Source of the DNA: Escherichia coli
GTDB taxonomy: Bacteria; Pseudomonadota; Gammaproteobacteria; Enterobacterales; Enterobacteriaceae
Direction: 5' to 3' (one strand)
Length of the DNA: 64,000 nt
NCBI RefSeq assembly: GCF_009931435.1
Contig: NZ_CP043414.1
Under the pieces are notes generated by a model, which was not told the origin of the DNA, ran no database searches, and saw only the letters and a program-made list of their open reading frames with translations. Each line of letters opens with the position of its first letter. The first letter of the stretch is position 1. This document shows positions 57,407 to 64,000 of this stretch, piece after piece. Both the position numbers and the translations under genes were made by a program.

Positions 57407-59308
57407 ATGAAACTACAGAACTCTTTTCGCGACTATACGGCAGAGTCCGCGCTGTTTGTGCGCCGGGCGCTGGTCGCCTTTTTGGGGATTTTGCTGCTGA
57501 CCGGCGTGCTTATCGCCAATCTGTATAATCTGCAAATTGTTCGCTTTACCGATTACCAGACCCGATCTAATGAAAACCGCATTAAGCTGGTGCCTATCGC
57601 GCCCAGCCGCGGCATTATCTACGACCGTAACGGTATCCCTCTGGCACTTAACCGCACTATCTACCAGATAGAGATGATGCCGGAGAAAGTCGATAACGTG
57701 CAGCAAACGCTGGACGCTTTGCGCAGCGTGGTTGATCTGACCGATGACGATATTGCTGCATTCCGAAAAGAGCGCGCACGTTCACACCGTTTCACCTCTA
57801 TCCCGGTGAAAACTAACCTGACCGAAGTACAAGTGGCGCGCTTTGCCGTTAACCAGTACCGTTTTCCGGGTGTCGAAGTTAAAGGCTATAAGCGTCGTTA
57901 CTATCCTTACGGTTCGGCGTTGACCCACGTCATCGGCTATGTGTCGAAAATCAACGATAAAGACGTCGAACGCCTGAATAATGACGGCAAACTGGCCAAC
58001 TATGCGGCAACGCATGATATCGGTAAGCTGGGCATTGAGCGTTACTATGAAGACGTGCTGCACGGTCAGACCGGTTATGAAGAGGTTGAAGTTAACAACC
58101 GTGGGCGTGTTATCCGCCAGTTAAAAGAAGTGCCACCGCAAGCCGGACACGATATTTACCTGACGCTGGATCTCAAACTCCAGCAATATATTGAAACGCT
58201 GCTGGCGGGTAGCCGCGCAGCGGTGGTAGTCACCGATCCGCGTACAGGTGGGGTGCTGGCGCTGGTTTCCACGCCTAGTTATGACCCAAACCTGTTTGTT
58301 GACGGTATCTCCAGCAAAGATTATTCCGCCTTGCTGAACGACCCAAATACACCGCTGGTGAACCGCGCCACACAGGGGGTTTATCCTCCCGCGTCTACAG
58401 TTAAACCCTATGTGGCGGTTTCGGCATTGAGCGCCGGAGTGATCACGCGCAATACGACGCTGTTTGACCCAGGCTGGTGGCAACTGCCAGGTTCGGAAAA
58501 ACGTTATCGTGACTGGAAAAAATGGGGCCACGGGCGTCTGAATGTCACAAGATCGCTGGAAGAATCTGCGGATACCTTCTTCTATCAGGTGGCCTACGAT
58601 ATGGGGATCGATCGCCTCTCCGAATGGATGGGTAAATTCGGTTATGGTCATTACACCGGTATCGACCTGGCGGAAGAACGTTCCGGCAACATGCCTACAC
58701 GCGAATGGAAACAGAAACGCTTTAAAAAACCGTGGTATCAGGGTGACACCATTCCGGTTGGTATCGGTCAGGGTTACTGGACAGCGACCCCAATCCAGAT
58801 GAGTAAGGCACTGATGATCCTGATTAATGACGGTATCGTGAAAGTTCCACATTTGCTGATGAGCACCGCTGAAGACGGCAAACAGGTGCCATGGGTACAA
58901 CCGCATGAACCGCCCGTCGGCGATATTCATTCCGGTTACTGGGAGCTGGCAAAAGACGGTATGTACGGTGTTGCTAACCGCCCTAACGGTACGGCGCATA
59001 AATACTTTGCCAGCGCACCGTACAAAATTGCAGCAAAATCCGGTACGGCTCAGGTCTTCGGCCTGAAAGCGAACGAAACCTATAATGCGCACAAAATTGC
59101 CGAGCGTTTACGTGACCACAAACTGATGACCGCCTTTGCGCCATACAACAATCCGCAAGTCGCTGTCGCCATGATTCTGGAGAACGGCGGTGCGGGTCCG
59201 GCGGTTGGTACGCTGATGCGCCAGATCCTCGACCACATTATGTTGGGTGATAACAACACCGATCTGCCTGCGGAAAATCCAGCGGTTGCCGCAGCGGAGG
59301 ACCATTAA
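57407..59308 (+). CDS. mrdA: penicillin-binding protein 2 (elongasome transpeptidase)
   Basis: ORF track 57407..59308, 633 aa; N-terminal TM anchor, transpeptidase STVK, SGN and KSG motifs. Confidence 0.96.
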   Translation: MKLQNSFRDYTAESALFVRRALVAFLGILLLTGVLIANLYNLQIVRFTDYQTRSNENRIKLVPIAPSRGIIYDRNGIPLALNRTIYQIEMMPEKVDNVQQTLDALRSVVDLTDDDIAAFRKERARSHRFTSIPVKTNLTEVQVARFAVNQYRFPGVEVKGYKRRYYPYGSALTHVIGYVSKINDKDVERLNNDGKLANYAATHDIGKLGIERYYEDVLHGQTGYEEVEVNNRGRVIRQLKEVPPQAGHDIYLTLDLKLQQYIETLLAGSRAAVVVTDPRTGGVLALVSTPSYDPNLFVDGISSKDYSALLNDPNTPLVNRATQGVYPPASTVKPYVAVSALSAGVITRNTTLFDPGWWQLPGSEKRYRDWKKWGHGRLNVTRSLEESADTFFYQVAYDMGIDRLSEWMGKFGYGHYTGIDLAEERSGNMPTREWKQKRFKKPWYQGDTIPVGIGQGYWTATPIQMSKALMILINDGIVKVPHLLMSTAEDGKQVPWVQPHEPPVGDIHSGYWELAKDGMYGVANRPNGTAHKYFASAPYKIAAKSGTAQVFGLKANETYNAHKIAERLRDHKLMTAFAPYNNPQVAVAMILENGGAGPAVGTLMRQILDHIMLGDNNTDLPAENPAVAAAEDH

Positions 59309-59310
59309 TC

Positions 59311-60423
59311 ATGACGGATAATCCGAATAAAAAAACATTCTGGGATAAAGTCCATCTCGATCCCACAATGCTGCTGATCTTACTGGCATTGCTGGTTTAC
59401 AGCGCCCTGGTTATCTGGAGCGCCAGCGGTCAGGATATTGGCATGATGGAGCGTAAAATAGGCCAAATCGCGATGGGCCTGGTCATCATGGTGGTGATGG
59501 CGCAAATTCCTCCACGCGTTTATGAAGGCTGGGCTCCCTATCTCTACATCATCTGTATTATTTTGCTGGTGGCGGTAGATGCTTTTGGTGCCATCTCTAA
59601 AGGCGCTCAACGCTGGCTGGACCTCGGTATCGTTCGTTTTCAGCCGTCGGAAATTGCCAAAATAGCCGTACCACTGATGGTAGCGCGCTTTATCAACCGC
59701 GACGTTTGCCCGCCGTCGTTGAAGAACACAGGCATCGCGCTGGTGCTGATATTTATGCCCACGCTGCTGGTGGCTGCGCAGCCTGACCTGGGGACATCAA
59801 TCCTCGTTGCGCTTTCCGGTCTGTTTGTACTGTTCCTCTCTGGCCTTAGCTGGCGTCTGATTGGCGTCGCAGTAGTGCTGGTGGCGGCGTTCATTCCTAT
59901 TCTGTGGTTCTTCCTGATGCATGATTACCAGCGCCAGCGCGTAATGATGCTCCTGGACCCGGAATCAGACCCACTCGGCGCGGGCTATCATATTATTCAG
60001 TCTAAAATTGCTATTGGCTCCGGCGGATTACGCGGCAAAGGCTGGCTGCACGGTACTCAGTCACAGCTTGAATTTCTCCCCGAACGCCATACTGACTTTA
60101 TTTTCGCGGTACTGGCGGAAGAGCTGGGATTAGTGGGCATTTTGATTCTGCTCGCTCTCTACATTCTGCTGATCATGCGCGGGCTGTGGATAGCCGCCAG
60201 AGCGCAAACCACCTTTGGTCGCGTCATGGCTGGCGGCTTAATGCTGATATTATTCGTTTATGTCTTCGTAAATATTGGTATGGTAAGCGGTATTCTGCCG
60301 GTTGTAGGGGTTCCGCTCCCACTGGTCAGTTATGGAGGATCGGCGCTAATTGTGCTGATGGCTGGGTTCGGGATTGTAATGTCAATCCACACCCACAGGA
60401 AAATGTTGTCGAAAAGCGTGTAA
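59311..60423 (+). CDS. mrdB: SEDS-family peptidoglycan glycosyltransferase RodA
   Basis: ORF track 59311..60423, 370 aa, polytopic membrane protein. Confidence 0.96.
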   Translation: MTDNPNKKTFWDKVHLDPTMLLILLALLVYSALVIWSASGQDIGMMERKIGQIAMGLVIMVVMAQIPPRVYEGWAPYLYIICIILLVAVDAFGAISKGAQRWLDLGIVRFQPSEIAKIAVPLMVARFINRDVCPPSLKNTGIALVLIFMPTLLVAAQPDLGTSILVALSGLFVLFLSGLSWRLIGVAVVLVAAFIPILWFFLMHDYQRQRVMMLLDPESDPLGAGYHIIQSKIAIGSGGLRGKGWLHGTQSQLEFLPERHTDFIFAVLAEELGLVGILILLALYILLIMRGLWIAARAQTTFGRVMAGGLMLILFVYVFVNIGMVSGILPVVGVPLPLVSYGGSALIVLMAGFGIVMSIHTHRKMLSKSV

Positions 60424-60433
60424 GAGGTGCGCA

Positions 60434-61522
60434 ATGCGTAAGCAGTGGCTCGGGATCTGCATCGCGGCAGGAATGCTCGCGGCATGTACAAGCGATGATG
60501 GTCAGCAACAGACGGTAAGTGTACCGCAGCCTGCGGTATGTAACGGCCCCATAGTTGAAATTAGCGGGGCGGACCCGCGTTTCGAACCACTGAACGCGAC
60601 GGCAAATCAGGATTACCAGCGCGATGGTAAAAGCTACAAAATCGTGCAGGATCCATCTCGATTTAGCCAGGCGGGACTGGCCGCAATCTATGACGCCGAA
60701 CCAGGCAGTAACCTGACGGCCTCTGGCGAAGCATTCGATCCGACACAGCTGACAGCGGCCCATCCAACGCTTCCGATCCCCAGCTACGCCAGAATCACTA
60801 ACCTGGCTAACGGACGAATGATCGTGGTGCGCATTAATGATCGCGGTCCTTACGGCAACGACCGCGTTATTTCGCTTTCTCGCGCGGCAGCTGACCGTCT
60901 TAACACGTCAAACAACACCAAAGTTCGTATCGATCCGATTATTGTCGCCCAGGATGGTTCGCTTTCTGGTCCTGGTATGGCCTGTACCACAGTTGCCAAA
61001 CAGACTTACGCCCTGCCTGCACCTCCCGATTTAAGCGGTGGCGCGGGAACAAGTTCAGTGTCAGGCCCGCAGGGTGACATTCTTCCGGTCAGTAATTCGA
61101 CGCTAAAAAGCGAAGATCCGACCGGCGCGCCGGTAACCAGCAGCGGTTTCCTCGGTGCACCAACGACGTTAGCGCCTGGTGTGCTGGAAGGCAGCGAACC
61201 AACACCTGCGCCACAGCCCGTTGTTACAGCCCCCTCGACAACGCCTGAAACCTCGCCTGCAATGGTGACACCGCAAGCCGCCTCACAAAGCGCCAGCGGC
61301 AACTTTATGGTGCAAGTCGGGGCCGTAAGCGATCAGGCGCGTGCGCAACAGTACCAACAGCAACTGGGACAGAAGTTCGGCGTCCCCGGTCGCGTAACTC
61401 AAAATGGCGCGGTCTGGCGGATCCAGCTTGGCCCATTCGCCAGCAAAGCCGAAGCCAGTACCTTGCAGCAACGTTTGCAAACCGAAGCCCAATTACAGTC
61501 ATTTATTACCACCGCGCAGTAG
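60434..61522 (+). CDS. rlpA: septal lipoprotein RlpA (DPBB domain, Pro/Ser/Thr-rich linker, SPOR domain)
   Basis: ORF track 60434..61522, 362 aa; lipobox LAAC; low-complexity linker; C-terminal SPOR-like region. Confidence 0.94.
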   Translation: MRKQWLGICIAAGMLAACTSDDGQQQTVSVPQPAVCNGPIVEISGADPRFEPLNATANQDYQRDGKSYKIVQDPSRFSQAGLAAIYDAEPGSNLTASGEAFDPTQLTAAHPTLPIPSYARITNLANGRMIVVRINDRGPYGNDRVISLSRAAADRLNTSNNTKVRIDPIIVAQDGSLSGPGMACTTVAKQTYALPAPPDLSGGAGTSSVSGPQGDILPVSNSTLKSEDPTGAPVTSSGFLGAPTTLAPGVLEGSEPTPAPQPVVTAPSTTPETSPAMVTPQAASQSASGNFMVQVGAVSDQARAQQYQQQLGQKFGVPGRVTQNGAVWRIQLGPFASKAEASTLQQRLQTEAQLQSFITTAQ

Positions 61523-61661
61523 CGTAAAGCAGGCATCTGATGTGTCAATTTCTGTAAATGACGTTAACAAAGTCACGCGGAAAGTCAGATGCCTGCCGGT
61601 AGTGCATTTGCTATAGTAGGGCACTTTTTTTAATTCCATCACGGATGTCGTAGTTCAGACC

Positions 61662-62873
61662 ATGAATACCATTTTTTCCGCTCGTATCATGAAGCGCCTG
61701 GCGCTCACCACGGCTCTTTGCACAGCCTTTATCTCTGCTGCACATGCCGATGACCTGAATATCAAAACTATGATCCCGGGTGTACCGCAGATCGATGCGG
61801 AGTCCTACATCCTGATTGACTATAACTCGGGCAAAGTGCTCGCCGAACAGAACGCAGATGTCCGCCGCGATCCTGCCAGTCTGACCAAAATGATGACCAG
61901 TTACGTTATCGGCCAGGCAATGAAAGCCGGTAAATTTAAAGAAACTGATTTAGTCACCATCGGCAACGACGCATGGGCCACCGGTAACCCGGTATTTAAA
62001 GGTTCTTCGCTGATGTTCCTCAAACCGGGCATGCAGGTTCCGGTTTCTCAGCTGATCCGCGGTATTAACCTGCAATCGGGTAACGATGCTTGCGTCGCCA
62101 TGGCCGATTTTGCCGCTGGTAGCCAGGACGCTTTTGTTGGCTTGATGAACAGCTACGTTAACGCACTGGGCCTGAAAAACACTCACTTCCAGACCGTGCA
62201 CGGTCTCGACGCTGACGGTCAGTACAGCTCCGCGCGAGATATGGCGCTGATCGGCCAGGCGTTGATCCGTGACGTACCGAATGAATACTCGATCTATAAA
62301 GAAAAAGAATTTACGTTTAACGGTATTCGCCAGCTGAACCGTAACGGCCTGTTATGGGATAACAGCCTGAATGTCGACGGCATCAAAACCGGACACACTG
62401 ACAAAGCAGGTTACAACCTTGTTGCTTCTGCGACTGAAGGCCAGATGCGCTTGATCTCTGCGGTGATGGGCGGACGTACTTTTAAAGGCCGTGAAGCCGA
62501 AAGTAAAAAACTGCTAACCTGGGGCTTCCGTTTCTTCGAAACCGTTAACCCACTGAAAGTAGGTAAAGAGTTCGCCTCTGAACCGGTTTGGTTTGGTGAT
62601 TCTGATCGCGCTTCGTTAGGTGTTGATAAAGACGTGTACCTGACCATTCCGCGTGGCCGCATGAAAGATCTGAAAGCCAGCTATGTGCTGAACAGCAGTG
62701 AATTGCATGCGCCGCTGCAAAAGAATCAGGTCGTCGGTACTATCAACTTCCAGCTTGATGGCAAAACGATCGAACAACGCCCGCTGGTTGTGCTGCAAGA
62801 AATCCCGGAAGGCAACTTCTTCGGCAAAATCATTGATTACATTAAGTTAATGTTCCATCACTGGTTTGGTTAA
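61662..62873 (+). CDS. dacA: D-alanyl-D-alanine carboxypeptidase PBP5
   Basis: ORF track 61662..62873, 403 aa; signal peptide, SLTK active site, SGN and KTG motifs, C-terminal amphipathic anchor. Confidence 0.96.
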
Positions 62874-62928
62874 AAATCGAACACTTGAAAGTGTGATTTC
62901 CGCCCCCATATACTAAGCATCAGTAAAA

Positions 62929-62960
62929 AACTCCCGCCTTCTGGCGGGAGTTGCTATTTA
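62929..62960 (+). terminator. rho-independent terminator after dacA
   Basis: ctcccgcc ttct ggcgggag followed by ttgctattt; preceded by A6. Confidence 0.75.
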
Positions 62961-62982
62961 ATTACGTTACGCCGGAGCTGAC

Positions 62983-63246
62983 ATGAAAACCAAACTTAAC
63001 GAACTGCTTGAATTCCCTACTCCTTTTACTTACAAAGTTATGGGGCAGGCGTTACCTGAGCTGGTTGATCAGGTGGTTGAAGTGGTACAGCGCCATGCGC
63101 CAGGTGACTACACCCCAACGGTAAAACCAAGCAGCAAAGGCAACTACCACTCGGTATCTATCACTATCAACGCCACTCATATTGAGCAGGTTGAAACACT
63201 GTATGAAGAACTGGGCAAAATCGATATTGTCCGCATGGTTCTGTAA
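62983..63246 (+). CDS. ybeD: UPF0250 protein YbeD
   Basis: ORF track 62983..63246, 87 aa. Confidence 0.92.
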
Positions 63247-63346
63247 CTCGCGTATTCTTTACCCGGCCCCTGGTCGGGTAACTCCCCTCTCCTCGCTGTG
63301 ATATACTTTTCCCCCACTTTTACTCATTCTCCACGGAGATGCCGTT

Positions 63347-63988
63347 TTGTATCAGGATAAAATTCTTGTCCGCCAGCTCGGTCTTCAGCCTTACGAGCCA
63401 ATCTCCCAGGCTATGCATGAATTCACCGATACCCGCGATGAAAGTACTCTTGATGAAATCTGGCTGGTCGAGCACTATCCGGTATTCACCCAAGGGCAGG
63501 CAGGAAAAGCGGAGCACATTTTAATGCCGGGCGATATTCCGGTGATCCAAAGCGATCGCGGTGGGCAGGTGACTTATCACGGGCCGGGGCAACAGGTGAT
63601 GTATGTGTTGCTTAACCTGAAACGCCGTAAACTCGGTGTGCGTGAACTGGTGACCTTGCTCGAGCAAACAGTGGTGAATACCCTGGCTGAACTGGGTATA
63701 GAAGCACATCCTCGGGCTGACGCGCCTGGTGTCTATGTCGGGGAAAAGAAAATTTGCTCACTTGGTTTACGTATTCGGCGCGGTTGTTCATTCCACGGTC
63801 TGGCATTAAACGTCAATATGGATCTTTCGCCATTTTTACGTATTAATCCTTGTGGGTATGCCGGAATGGAAATGGCTAAAATATCACAATGGAAACCCGA
63901 AGCGACAACTAATAATATTGCACCGCGTTTGCTAGAAAATATTTTAGTGCTACTAAACAATCCCGACTTCGAATATATTACCGCTTAA
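63347..63988 (+). CDS. lipB: octanoyltransferase (lipoyl(octanoyl) transferase)
   Basis: ORF track 63347..63988, 213 aa; TTG start with ggag 9 nt upstream. Confidence 0.94.
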   Translation: MYQDKILVRQLGLQPYEPISQAMHEFTDTRDESTLDEIWLVEHYPVFTQGQAGKAEHILMPGDIPVIQSDRGGQVTYHGPGQQVMYVLLNLKRRKLGVRELVTLLEQTVVNTLAELGIEAHPRADAPGVYVGEKKICSLGLRIRRGCSFHGLALNVNMDLSPFLRINPCGYAGMEMAKISQWKPEATTNNIAPRLLENILVLLNNPDFEYITA

Positions 63989-64000
63989 TTACATACATCA

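Overview
This window is a core enterobacterial chromosome segment whose gene content and order match the Escherichia coli kdp-to-lipB region. All gene names are assigned by recognition of the translated ORFs and synteny, with no database search. In order it carries kdpB (3' part), kdpC, kdpD, kdpE, the speFL leader with speF-potE, a DUF2625-type gene, ybfP, pgm, seqA, ybfF, ybfE, fldA, uof-fur, chiQ-chiP, glnS, nagE, nagBACD, asnB, a seven-tRNA operon (metT-leuW-glnU-glnW-metU-glnV-glnX), ubiF, miaB-ybeZ-ybeY-corC-lnt, gltIJKL, rihA, the hscC / djlC-ybeU / ybeT / djlB-ybeR / ybeQ cluster, ybeL, leuS-lptE-holA-nadD-cobC, rsfS-rlmH-mrdA-mrdB-rlpA, dacA, ybeD and lipB. I see no IS element, integrase, prophage or CRISPR array. 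REP/BIME palindromic repeats and hairpin terminators sit at many operon boundaries. The most interesting items are: (1) a tandemly duplicated three-gene module (Sel1-repeat protein, 235-aa protein, tail-anchored J-protein) next to the orphan Hsp70 gene hscC; (2) a degenerate copy of the kdpE 3' end downstream of potE, so speFL-speF-potE is bracketed by ~143-bp direct repeats; (3) a 145-aa signal-peptide ORF between asnB and the tRNA operon that I do not recall from the K-12 reference; (4) two sub-threshold regulatory ORFs missing from the ORF track (speFL, uof). Comparisons to K-12 are from memory and need an alignment to confirm.
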